A stretch of DNA of 63,833 nucleotides, the filler included, from Olpidium bornovanus S191 (taxonomy: Eukaryota > Fungi > Olpidiomycota), in NCBI GenBank assembly GCA_017911155.1. It is 30 parts of 30 records of this genome, joined end to end, with 100 filler letters (N's around TTAATTAATTAA, not from the genome) between each part and the next. Parts side by side here need not be neighbours in the genome. Positions count along the whole stretch, not along the records: positions 23,196 to 25,783 come from JAEFCI010002099.1; positions 25,884 to 28,261 come from JAEFCI010007960.1; positions 28,362 to 30,300 come from JAEFCI010004322.1; positions 30,401 to 31,663 come from JAEFCI010003279.1; positions 31,764 to 33,779 come from JAEFCI010007389.1; positions 33,880 to 35,130 come from JAEFCI010007239.1; 24 more parts are not named here. The stretch is one strand, 5' to 3'. Below, one piece after another: positions 23,681-35,013 of this stretch; the first letter of the stretch is position 1, and each line of letters begins with the position of its first letter. The notes beneath the pieces were generated by a model. The model ran no database searches, was not told the DNA's origin, and was given only the letters and a program-made list of their open reading frames with translations. Position numbers and translations under genes: made by a program.

Positions 23681-25783
23681 ATGTTCTTCTCGAACGAGAT
23701 TCTCACGCGGAAAAAGGGGCCCCTTGGGGTGATATGGTAGGAAGAAAGCCGCGCAAGGACAACCTTGAGAGATGGCGACGGGCGAGCACCGAAACGACAC
23801 GCGCGAGGAACGCCCGCTGCCGGCGCGACGCAGCAAAAGCAGGACGTTAGCGGGCAGAACGTGATTTCGTGTTTTTAAGCCACTGTTAACCGGTACTGGC
23901 TTTCTTGCGCGGGCATTGCGATCCAGGCTTGCCGCGACCCTCGGAAACAGGTCGTCTTTGCGGAAGCTGTCGAAGAGGGACGTTGACAGCGTCAATCTCG
24001 TGTCCGTATGGTGAGCAGCGCGTCGTGCTGACGTTCCCGTCGCCTGCCCCCTCACTGCCTTGTTTCACCAAAACCGCACGCAGCCTGACGTGATCGCTAC
24101 CTTTCTCAGCGATTTCATCGCCGAGCCGCCCGAACCGATGGCGCTCCGGCTCACCTCGAATCTCATGATCGGCGTTACTCGCGTATACAGAGCGCAATAC
24201 GCGTTCTACCTCAACGACGTTAACAATATATTTGTCAGGCTCAGAAAGGACTTTGCAAATTTCCGCACCGAGGCGGAGATCACCATGACTCACGCCGAGG
24301 CCAGGTCCGGCACTCTTTTTCTACTAATCTCCTGTCGCGCTGTGTTGGCTATCGCAGTACTGGGTGAAAATATTTATTTTGTTGTCATAGGTTTGAAGCA
24401 ATCACCCTGGACGATGTTCCAGAGTTTGAAGTTTCCGGACTCAATCTGCCCGTTGAAGGGGAAGTCGGATTGCACGTAGGAGGCGCATACCAATTCTTAG
24501 TGTCTTCCTATCGCCCTTTCGATGCGATATTGGAGGATGTGAAACGCCAATGACTTGGTTCGGGTTTTCCTGGCCTCTCGTTGGTTTTTTTTTGTTTTTT
24601 TTTTTTTTTTTTTCAGAGGACGCGCACCGAAGAAGCTAAATTCGGCTGGGCGCCACGCCTTTTGCCCGGAACCCCTTCGAGCGTGATTGGAGAAGCGTAT
24701 GAGCCAAACAGCCAGATTTTGAAAGGTGTGGTTTGGACGGTACTGCTGACTTATGCTGGTCACATGCAATGGATGCGCGGAGCCTAATTATGCGGGAAAA
24801 ACAACTAGCTTCAAATTTGCTCGAGGACCCATTTGGCGCCGACCCCCTCGACCACGCTGGCTCAATCTCCTTCACCGGTATATCGCCACAGTCGTTATCG
24901 GGATCGATGCTGACCGGTTCGGCCACGGACCTTGGCGGTTTGAACAGGGCGCTGGATGCGGAACTCGGCTACGAAGAGTGAGTGGGTTATTTTCTCGATT
25001 TTTACTGAACTTTTACCGCCGCAGCTAAAACTGCTTGATTGTAAACACAGCTTGAATCTTTTCGATGCCGAAGGCAACGCTCTGGACCCGCACGCAGCAG
25101 CAACTCCGTCTGCCGGGAACTTGGCACATAGTGCTCTTCACGAAGAGGTTAATTTTCCGGACGAAGACCTAGTCGACGTCGTCAGAGGCGATCATGCAGC
25201 CGCTCACGGTGGCGACGTTGCGTGCCGTCGGGAGCGGTTTAGACACTTTTTCCGTCCCGGAAATGGGGCCGCAACGGAAGACGCCCTTGTACCCAATTTA
25301 ACGCGGCCAGAATTGTTGGATGAAGCGGGCGGCTTCTTCGCCGGTGACCTGGCTCCTTCGGAGAACGTCCCGACGTCGTTTGGCGATGACACGCAGTTTG
25401 AGGCCTTCGAGCAGATACCGGGCGACTTTACCGGGGTAGCAGATGCAAGAGCAAAGCCGAAACCTATTGCAGCTGCTGTTACCATGTCGGCCAAGAAGCG
25501 CACCAGGACTTCCCGAACATGGCAGCTGGTTGACGAATCTACCCAAATCAGTGCTTCGGAGATGGCTCGCCTGCGAGAGGGCCGGCTGCACCCAGACGAG
25601 ATCCGCGGCCGCGTGCACCCCCGCGACCACGTTCTGCGCGAGAAGCAAGAGATGCTGAAAGCCATGAATCCCGCACTTCCGGCCTACATTTTAGCGCCTG
25701 AGCTTCGCACGATGTGGGCGGATCTTGTTGGGTTCAAGCGGCCGCTGGGCGAGCTCCAAACGCTGCGTGAAAAGCCCAAAAGA
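23681..25783 (+). CDS. REC8: Rad21/Rec8 kleisin, Rec8 (meiotic) type, 3'-partial
   Basis: MFFSNEILTRKKGPLGVIW|LAATLGNRSSLRKLSKRDVDSVNL...PPEPMALRLTSNLMIGVTRVY. WLAATLG rather than the Rad21-type WLAAHW; the later KKR...VDESTQIS motif is present. Confidence 0.8.
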
Positions 25784-26470
25784 NNNNNNNNNNNNNNNNN
25801 NNNNNNNNNNNNNNNNNNNNNNNNNNNTTAATTAATTAANNNNNNNNNNNNNNNNNNNNNNNNNNNNNNNNNNNNNNNNNNNNCCTACAAACCTACAGGC
25901 TGGTCGATTTTGAGCTCGAGGGTCCGAAACAGCCTCCCGTATCAATGGTGTACAGTCAACGACCGGTGTCGAGGCCGGTGGGTCTAAAAACCTGTACTGC
26001 GGAAAACCTCGTTTCTTCCCACTTGAGTTTTCTCGCATCGAAATGGCCTTTCCGTTGAGAACGAAGGTGATATTCCGCTTGTTTTTGACCTCACGCTGGC
26101 GACTGGCGGGACACTGGCGGGACCTTTGATTTTCTCCCAAACGAGATAACGACCAGTTTCGTACGTCTAAAGGTCTCGATCAAGGCGGGCCCCCCCTAGC
26201 GACCTTGAACCGCTTAACAAAGAACAAAGTAATGGTATATAATGTACTATTTTATTCAATATACACATCCTATTGAGGTATCATTAGATACTGGTGCCCG
26301 AATCAATATGCATGGAGTTGTTGGCACCCGCAAATCGTCAAAATCTCTTACCTCTTTCGCGGCCGCACAACCGCTTTTATTGGACAACGTTGTGTTCAGT
26401 TCGTCGTCATTTGGCTGCATGCGTCGGCGATTGGTAAAGGATTGAGATAAAAGTATCAAGAAAATGGAAC

Positions 26471-26647
26471 TGTTGGTCCTACTGCAGATCGGGATATTTG
26501 AGATGTTCTAATCTGTTGAATCCTACCTTTTTTTTTTTCCTCTCGTTTGGACCCCTGGCGGTTAGTCAGAACCCCTTGATCTTTGTACTATTATTTTGTG
26601 AATAAACCGCTATGCCCTCACGCGGCGAAAACCCACCAAAACCAACA
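26471..26647 (+). mobile_element. 5' LTR (177 bp)
   Basis: Perfect TGTTGG...CCAACA termini, AATAAA at 26601, CGCGGCGAAA at 26621, followed directly by the PBS. Confidence 0.75.
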
Positions 26648-26659
26648 GGTTATGAGCCC
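26648..26659 (+). other. Half-tRNAiMet primer-binding site
   Basis: GGTTATGAGCCC immediately after AACA. Confidence 0.85.
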
Positions 26660-27042
26660 AAGTCGGACTTGACGGCGAAGTTCGCAGCGCATCTCCGCTG
26701 CCCGGCGCAGCCCGCCGCCGCCGCCGCCGCCGCCGCAGCCGCCGATCACCAGCCGTTCATCGCCGCCGCCGCCGCAGCCGCAGCTCACCGGTCGCTCACC
26801 GGCAACTCACCGGCCGCTCATCGCCGCCGCCGCCGCCGCCGCCACCGCCGCCGCTCGCCGCAACGCCGCCTTCGCCGCCGCTGCCGCTCTCCGGCCGCCG
26901 CCGCCGCCGCCGCCGCCTTCCTGCCGCTCGCCGCCGTCCGGCCGCTCACCGGCCACTCACCGCCGCGGTGCCCAACATCGCCGAGGCCTTCACCAAGCCG
27001 CAACGCCATTGTTACCGGCTCGTTAAGCAGCGCGGTTAATTA

Positions 27043-27980
27043 TGCCGTTTGACGAAGGCGAAACGGCGAACAGAGCGGGGAAAGGGGCAATTTCTCTACG
27101 GGCCGTCTGGGCGGCAGTTTCGCCGACACACCGACCCAATGCCCCCATCCCAAGCCGGATGCCAGCGAGTCCTCACTCGATGATGTCGATTCCCTTCGTG
27201 CCGCTCTCGTCGAGGCACAAGGCCAACTTCGACGCCATGAACGGAAACAAAAACGGGCGGACGTCGAAGTGTCTTCAGGGAACTTCGGCAATCTTTCGAA
27301 AAATTCTTTGAAGATGATTTTTGCCGAAATTCCGAAATTGACTGCAAAGAGGGAACAGCGTCTCTCCGTCTCTTTTTCACGAAAATGGGTCAATACTGGA
27401 TCAACAATGCAACGCCGTCGACTCCAAGGTCCAAGCAGATTTGGCTGCGATCAAGCTAGACGGCATGCCAGCAACGTTGTGGTTTTCTCATCTCGAGACC
27501 TCCGAGTTGAAGAAGCTCTTTCTCTTGCACTATGGAAACGATTACGAGTTCATGGATGCATCGAGGAAGCTTCGTCGTCTCAAACAAACTGGCTCTCTCC
27601 AGGCGTACACTGCCTCCTTTAACGCCATCAGTGCTTTGTTGAGTGGTGCCCTCGATTCCCGGGCGCTGACCGTTCAATATATCGATACCCTTCCCGACTT
27701 TGTCCGCCGAGCAGTGGCCGCCGTTCCCGGCAATCTTGATGGCTTCGCCACCTGCCAACGCGCGGCACTTCAATTTGACGCTGTCACTCGTTCCACCGTC
27801 CATTACGAGGAGACTCCTTCCGGCGCACACCCGGCCAAGACTGGCTGCGCCCAGCCGCCAGCGGCTTCTTCGAAGAGCGGTGTAGGTGACCGTTCGAAAA
27901 GATCGACCAGTAGACTTCCTTTGGGCCGAGAACTTCGAAAGGAAATCCATCGTATTCAACAGCCGGCGCCAAAGGGCTAA
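27043..27980 (+). pseudogene. Frameshifted Ty3/gypsy-type gag (Retrotrans_gag-like)
   Basis: SLRLFFTKMGQYW, then a frameshift into AAIKLDGMPATLWF...LKKLFLLHYGNDYEFMDASRKLRRLKQTGSLQAYTASFNAI. Confidence 0.7.
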
Positions 27981-29115
27981 CCGTGGGCAGAAACTGTGAG
28001 AGCACGGGGCCCACACAGGCAACCGCCATTGGGCAATCAAGTCACTCCCATCCTTTCTCTCACCCGTCTCAACGGGAGCGTCACCCGTTTTGACCGAACA
28101 CGACGAAATGTTGACGGCGGAACGCAGTAGCCACCAGCCGCATGGAATGGAGGCCGGGGGAACGGCACAATCACAGAGAGGCGAGCTTCACATACGAAGG
28201 AGACTACCGTCCTGCCTCCATCACCTGGAGTTATTTGTAATTTTTTTTAACGCTGCACCGANNNNNNNNNNNNNNNNNNNNNNNNNNNNNNNNNNNNNNN
28301 NNNNNTTAATTAATTAANNNNNNNNNNNNNNNNNNNNNNNNNNNNNNNNNNNNNNNNNNNNCAGAATGCCTTGAGGGGCGAAGCAATGCCGTTTGATTTT
28401 GGGGCGAGGGGTTTGTTTACAAGGGTGCTGCTTGCGCCCCTGTCTAAGGTGAGTTGTTGTGACCATAGTGCCCCATACCATGTCACATATTATAGTCTCC
28501 AACCCAAATTAAACTGTCTATGTCTCCCACTGCACTGTCCATTTCTGTTTGCGGCCCTTGAAGTGGCTTGGCCAGATGCCGGTCTCTGTCTGGTTGAAAC
28601 GGCTGAGTTTGACGTTCCGAGTCCCCCTTGGCAAACAGACACCCTTCGTCCGTTTTTGCGTATGAGCTAATGTTATAGTTCAGCACCACCGCCGTGTCCC
28701 ACGCTTAACTGGTTATTGTTCTGCGTCTGACCGTTGTTCTGCAGGCCGTTTGTTGTGTTGGGCCTTACAAGGTGATATGCGACACCCGCGACGCAGCAGT
28801 ATGTGTTCTGCTTTTTAATTACTCGGTTGGGTGTCTTGAATCGGTTTCACGTCACGCAGAAGCGTGCGGCAGAAGCGGGAATTCTGCGGGGAAATAAGAT
28901 TCTGTGGCCATCACAGTCCATCAGCGCGCGGCAGTGGTTATTTCCTGCCTGTTTCCCCGTTGCAATTTCGATAGGAAGTCCGCACAATAAAACGGCTAGA
29001 ATCAGACCAAACGGCAGTCAAAAACTTGAAACCGTTGTCTGGCGTCAGGGCAGACGCCTGCGGACTGTTTTGAACAGCCGGCCGGACATACCTTCCTCCC
29101 GTCCGCGCTGACACG

Positions 29116-30300
29116 TTACACAACCCGCGCGTCGGACAGACCGCGAACGGAATTAAAAACGCGGATCCTAAATCCTGACTGCATCGGGGAAGGATTGAAG
29201 GTGAGAGAAGGGAAGGGGGAGGGGCCCACGAATGAAAGAGTCAGAGAACATTCGCCCTCCCGTTTCCGCGTTGAGATGTTCGATAGAACGAGGGAGCGGG
29301 AGGGAAATGCTCGGGGGCTACCGCCAACCTTCACTGCCGCCTTCAGATCATCAATGCTGATTTCGCCTTCGTACATGTTCATCACCCTGTTTTGGAGCAG
29401 GTGAGCGCGCTCCGTGCCCGGAAGAAGACCTGCACGGAGTTTGGCGTTCTTTCAGCGTCGTCCGGCCGGGGGATTCTTTCCCCCAAAGACAGGGAAGAAC
29501 GTGAAACAGATAGACATCACGGACGGGCAACAGGGGATGATAAGACCTTTTTGCTCACCGCATTCGACGCTCGGCGTCAGCCACCTCCCGTCCGGCATCT
29601 CGACGGCAAGGTTGCATATGGACGTCTCGGTGACTTGGCCCCGTTCGTTGTACATGATCACGTCGTCAGGCGCGTCGTCAGCTTCGGGAACATCGGTCGG
29701 CGCCCCCAGCGGCGGACAACCTGCCAGGGAGGTTCCGCGCGCGCCCACGGGTTGGGGGAAAAGGAGGAGGGGAAAGGGGGGTGGTGGGTCGGTTTAGAAC
29801 GCAACTTCAGTAATGTATTATCGTCAAACCCGCTTTTTCTTTTTGTCGCGGACGAAAACCTGAAGCAACAGTGAGAAATAAGACGCGACGTAGCGACGAC
29901 ATGAGTCGAGGGGGGGTTTTTTCTTGGCGCGCTGATGTAGGCGAACCTGCCCGATTCCGTGCTTTGTCGTACAACGTCCTGTTTGTCGTCTTATGCCTCA
30001 CGAACTGAGAACTCGACGGGGTCGGCTCGCTGTCGAACGCCAACTTCACCGCCTTCCCCTTGGCTTGAGACGCTTGGCGGACGAAATGGAACAAACGATA
30101 AAAGGTGAATTCTTTCTTCGAGCTTTTGACAATAGCGGAGGGAAGAACGATTCGGCACGTTTTCGCACCACACGACAACTCGGTGATCTGGACCTGCACG
30201 CCGCCCTGCGCGTCGACAAGAAGGCGTACCTGCCTTCCGGCGTCGTGACGACTGGATGCTTTAGCAATAACGATCAAGGCCCTGGACGCCACCGCCGCCG
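29116..30300 (-). CDS. Class-IV aminotransferase fold, 4-amino-4-deoxychorismate-lyase-like (5'-partial)
   Basis: QVRLLVDAQG, HKTTNRTLYDKAR, DVIMYNERGQVTETSICN, WLTPSVECG|LLPGTERAHLL and FNSVRG, with GT-AG introns. Confidence 0.85.
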
Positions 30301-30400
30301 NNNNNNNNNNNNNNNNNNNNNNNNNNNNNNNNNNNNNNNNNNNNTTAATTAATTAANNNNNNNNNNNNNNNNNNNNNNNNNNNNNNNNNNNNNNNNNNNN

Positions 30401-31663
30401 GATCCTCATCGGGGACCCGAAGCAGCTCCGCCCGTCCATAACTTCGTACGCGCTGAGCAAGGATTCTGCGCCCGGCCAGTCTTACAGGATGGACGAAAGT
30501 CTTATGGAGCGTCTCGGCATGGCTGACCGGGAGCCGGTGCCCATGGCGCGGTTGAAGTTGCAGAGGCGCATGAGACCGGAAATCGCCGACCTGGTCCGCA
30601 CCACGCTGTACGCGCACCTTTGCGACCACGAGCAAACCAAACGGTACCCTCCCGTTGCCGGTTTGCGGAAGAACCTTTGGTTGCTCGATCACACCGAACC
30701 GGAAGAAGGGTCGGACGATCCGGCGGCCGTCCAGTCGCACCGGAACAACTACGAGGCCGGCATGATCGCGGGCCTGCTTGAATATCTTTTAAGAAATGGT
30801 AAGGCGGCCCCGGGAAGTACCTTTCACGCCACAATTCCAGCAAAATGGGTCGAACTGAACGGCTTTTTTTTTGCTTGCATTCGCCCCCCCCCCCCCCCCC
30901 CCCCCAGGGTACCGCAGCGGGGACATCGCCATCCTGACCCCGTATCTAAGTCAGATGCTATTAATCCGAAGCAAGCTGTCAGAAAGGTATACCGTCGTGT
31001 TCGACGAACGCGACGCAAAACTTATCGCGGAGACTCTTGGAGAAGAAGCTCTTGGCGACGAACCGAACTCCCGAAACGGGAAGGTCACAGGGGCCCAGCG
31101 TCTTTCCCTAAGGGAGCAGGTCACCCTGCGGACGGTCGACAATTTTCAGGTTGAGTATCTCGACAGGCTGTTTATGATGGTGTCGCCGTCCACCATTATT
31201 TTTTTTGACATCGATTTTTTAGGGAGAAGAAGCCAAGATCGTGCTTGTCTCCCTTGTGCGAAATCAGTTGCGCGGCCGCGGGACGATCGGCTTCCTCAAA
31301 TCTTCGAACAGGACAAACGTTCTCCTCAGCCGCGCTCAGCACGGTATGGTCCTCATGGGAAATGCCGGCCTGCTGCGAGAAAAGTCTCCGATGTGGAGGC
31401 AGATCATCGAGCTTCTCGAGAGTCGGGGGCAGATCGGGGGTGGCCTTCCGATCGCGTGCAAAAGGCATAACCAGGGGGCCGTGGTAGCGTCTCCCGAAGA
31501 TTTCAAGAAACTTTCACCGGACGGAGGCTGCTCGAAGGTGAGGCATGCGGGTCAAAGGGTTTTTTCACGTTTGACGTCTTGGCCGTGTACAACCCTACCT
31601 TGACAGCCCGCCGCCTGCGATCGTAAAACAGCCCTGCGGGATGAAAATGGCCAAGTGCGGCCA
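30401..31663 (+). CDS. ZNFX1: ZNFX1/NFX1-type SF1 (Upf1-like) RNA helicase, C-terminal helicase domain
   Basis: LIGDPKQLRP, QRRMRPEIADLVR, IAILTPYLSQ, TVDNFQ|GEEAKIV, IGFLKSSNRTNVLLSRAQHG and ACKRH...SPDGGC. Confidence 0.88.
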
Positions 31664-31763
31664 NNNNNNNNNNNNNNNNNNNNNNNNNNNNNNNNNNNNN
31701 NNNNNNNTTAATTAATTAANNNNNNNNNNNNNNNNNNNNNNNNNNNNNNNNNNNNNNNNNNNN

Positions 31764-31813
31764 CTCTCTTCTGAATATACCAGCCAACGCGGCGAAAACC
31801 ACAAAAGCCAACA
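31764..31813 (+). mobile_element. 3' end of a second LTR inserted into the copia element
   Basis: CGCGGCGAAAACCACAAAAGCCAACA matches the LTR end at 26621-26647. It abuts copia pol sequence with no PBS. Confidence 0.7.
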
Positions 31814-33643
31814 CCTGAGGCGCCGCCCAATGATGGCCAATATCCCGCGCACAGTCACTTGGCATTGGTCTCCCTCGAAACTGACGGCCCTCTCGCGTTC
31901 GGTTATCTGTCTGATTGAAAGGATGTTTTTGGTCATCTGAGGAACCACATGCACATTTTCCAGCTTCAGATCTTTACATGCAGCGATGAGCCTCAGGGAT
32001 CCTTTCGCGGTCACCGGCAGGCTTTCGTCGTTCCCGATAAACACCTTTCCCCGGCATGCCTCGATGTCGGTCAGAACGTATGCATCTGGGACAATGTGGT
32101 ACGTGCTCCCGCTGTTGAGGATCCAGTGACTGTTTCCTGTTCCTTCAACGCACTTGTTTGCGAGAAGTACCATGGCGTGTTCCTCGCTATCCGCCTCCCC
32201 ACAGGCCATGTGCATCCTCGCGTTGTTGCTACCGGGGTGCCATTTTCCTCGCCAAGCTTCCGGACGCCGCCGCCGCCGCGGGCAGAACGCCGCTATTTGG
32301 CCGGCCTCGAGGCTTTCGTAACATCGCCTGGAGTCCTTCGCTCCTGCTGACGGCGGCGGGGGTGGTCGTGCCCGGGCCACAAGAGCACCTCCGTCCTCGT
32401 AGCTTGCGTCCGTCACTGACCGTAACCTCGAGCCTGCTTCCCGCAGGGCCGTCACCGTTTCTCCCAACGATGGCGTCACCCACTCACCACGTTTGTCGTC
32501 GTAGTAGATGCAACTCGATAACCCGTCAACGGCCACTCTGAGCAGATGGAGGCTACCCATCATTCGAAGGTCACGCGTCTCGTCTTCCCAGTCGCGCACA
32601 TTTTTCACTCCCATGTCCAGGAGGTGTGCGACTTGATCCTTCAGCCTCACAAGAAAGTGGTCAAAAGTCTCCGTATCCTCCATGCGCGTGCTGTACAGAG
32701 CGACCTTTGCCTCCACTCGTGCTGTGGTACGCGGTGACTCGAAGTGCGCTTGCAATGACGCCCACGCTTTTCTCACTGTTTCCTTGCCCCTCATCAAGTG
32801 TTTGTAGAGGTCAGACATATGCAGGAAAAGCTCGGCATACACCTCGCCGTTCGACCGGTTCCAGTCACGTAGCTGACTCGGTGTTCCATGAGTGGGACGT
32901 TCGTCTTCACCAGTCACGACGTCCCACAGTCCACGGCGGAGCAGCACGGCGCGCATGTTCTCATTCCAGGACGTCCAATTGTCCTCGGTGAACGGGGGAA
33001 TCATCAGGCGAAGAGTCGACTCCATGGTTCAGGGCAGGTACACGCAAACAAACAAACAAGCACTTGCCGGCAGCTACACTCTCTTCGTCAAGAGCAGCGG
33101 GGGCAGAACGGGCTTGGCGGAGGCTTGTCTTGCGGTCCTGCTGCTCTCCTTCCGCGGCGGCGGCTTGACTCGGCCCTCAGCGGTGGCGCCAACGGATGGC
33201 GCGCGGCTCGACTCGATCCTCAGCGGCGGCGCCAACGGATGGTGCGCGTCTTCTCTTTTGCTCTCCCTCTGCGGGCCCCTCACCTCCTTCTGCGTGGTAG
33301 CGGCGCCAACGGATGGCGCACGGCTCGACGCGGCCCTCGGCGGCGGCGCCAACGGATGGCGCGCGGCTCCCCCTCTGCGGGCTCTTCCCCTCCTTCTGGC
33401 GGCGCCGACAAACGGCGCGAACTCTCTTTTTGGAGGACGATGGAGCGGACAGGGGAAGGTCGGGAGATCGGGAGGTCGGGCTCGGGCTCACGGGCAGGGC
33501 GCATTTGGGCTCATAACCTGTTGTAGAACCGCGTTGTTTTATTGTGGACGAGAGATGGGGAAGGGGGAAAGGAAAAGTGGCGGAGAGGGGTGGAGAGATA
33601 CAGTTCAACTAGTGGGTGAACTACAGGGCAACGCAACACAACA
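31814..33643 (-). mobile_element. Ty1/copia retrotransposon: 5' LTR (33519-33643), PBS (33507-33518), tandem-repeat leader, gag-protease ORF (33025-31814), truncated before integrase
   Basis: TGTTGT...ACAACA LTR; GGTTATGAGCCC; IPPFTEDNWTSWNENMRAVLLRRGLWDVV (copia gag); degenerate zinc knuckle; WILNSGSTYHI protease; LENVHVVPQMTKNILSIRQI. Confidence 0.93.
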
Positions 33644-33890
33644 GGCCGTTCTGACCTCTCGCAGCCTCAACGTCGTGCACTGATCGATCTCCTTTGTGAA
33701 TATTCGCATTTATTTGCGCACGATTCCGCAAATCCAGGCCACGTCGAACCCGCAATTTTTCATTTCGATATCGATACGCNNNNNNNNNNNNNNNNNNNNN
33801 NNNNNNNNNNNNNNNNNNNNNNNTTAATTAATTAANNNNNNNNNNNNNNNNNNNNNNNNNNNNNNNNNNNNNNNNNNNNAAAAACCGGGG

Positions 33891-33969
<79 letters not shown>

Positions 33970-34230
33970 AAGGGGAATGGGGAAATGTTAGGGGGAAAGG
34001 TAGGGGGAAAGGCAATCTACAAAAAAAAAAATCATCAAAAGCAACGTGCGGGCCGGAGAAAAACGACTGTCTTCCGGCATCACGACACAACCGCGCACCC
34101 GCGCATTGCCGGATCCGACGGCGGATGGGGAAGCAGGAGGGCGCGCGAGCCCGGCTGGGCCGCCTTCTCTTTTAGGCGCAGAAGTTGCCGGCCGGCGGCG
34201 CGGAGTCCGGCCGGCGGCCGCCGCCGGACC

Positions 34231-35013
34231 CGGGCGCGGCGAAGGTCCAGATCTACCTGAACACGCCCCTCCCGGGGAGCGCCGTGGACCACTGGGGGCG
34301 GCCAGTGTCGGGGTCGAAGCGTCTCCGAAGCCTCCTCGATGTCGAGGTTATAGAGGGTGGAGGAGGGTCGACGGGACAGGGGATAGGATGGCAGGTAGCG
34401 GACCCCCGCCGGCCGGGGGCCCGTGCTTTCGAAAGGGGAAGGCGCGGAAGGGGAGGGGACGAGACGGAGGGAAAGCAAGATGCTCCCACAGAGACACAGT
34501 AGACGATTGCGAAGTCGACGCGCAGGCAGACGCTCTGCTCCTGGCCCGACAGTACAGAGGGCACCCGAGACTTTGCTTTCCTCAACTTCGACGCGCGCCA
34601 GGAGCCCGACGGCAACCCTTTCAACTTCGACCCTGTCCTCCTTTTCTATTTCGATGGTCAGGGGGGGGGAGGGAAAAGAATGGGGAGAGGGGTGGGGAAA
34701 AATCAAAACAGACCCCCCCCCGTAACAAAAGGAAGGGGTAAAAGGAAAATCGACGGACCACGCAAGTCGAGAGAAAATCAGTGGAATTGTGTACATCGAT
34801 CTCGACGGGAGGGAAAGCAAAGGCCATAGATTTGCAACAAACAAAAGGAAAGGAGCATCGACGCGGTGCCTGTCGTCGACCCGCCCTCTTGAGCGACCAT
34901 TTGGCGCCGACACCGGTCGTGCGGTTTCCGACCAACAAGCTGAACTCCACGAAGTACACCCCGCTGATGTTTCTGTCAAAGAACCTGTTTGAGCAGTTCC
35001 AGAGGGTGGCGAA
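34231..35013 (+). CDS. P4-type phospholipid-flipping ATPase (Dnf1/Drs2-like), N-terminal fragment
   Basis: VQIYLNTPLP...DHWGRP and RFPTNKLNSTKYTPLMFLSKNLFEQFQRVA match the PhoLip_ATPase_N motif. Confidence 0.75.
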
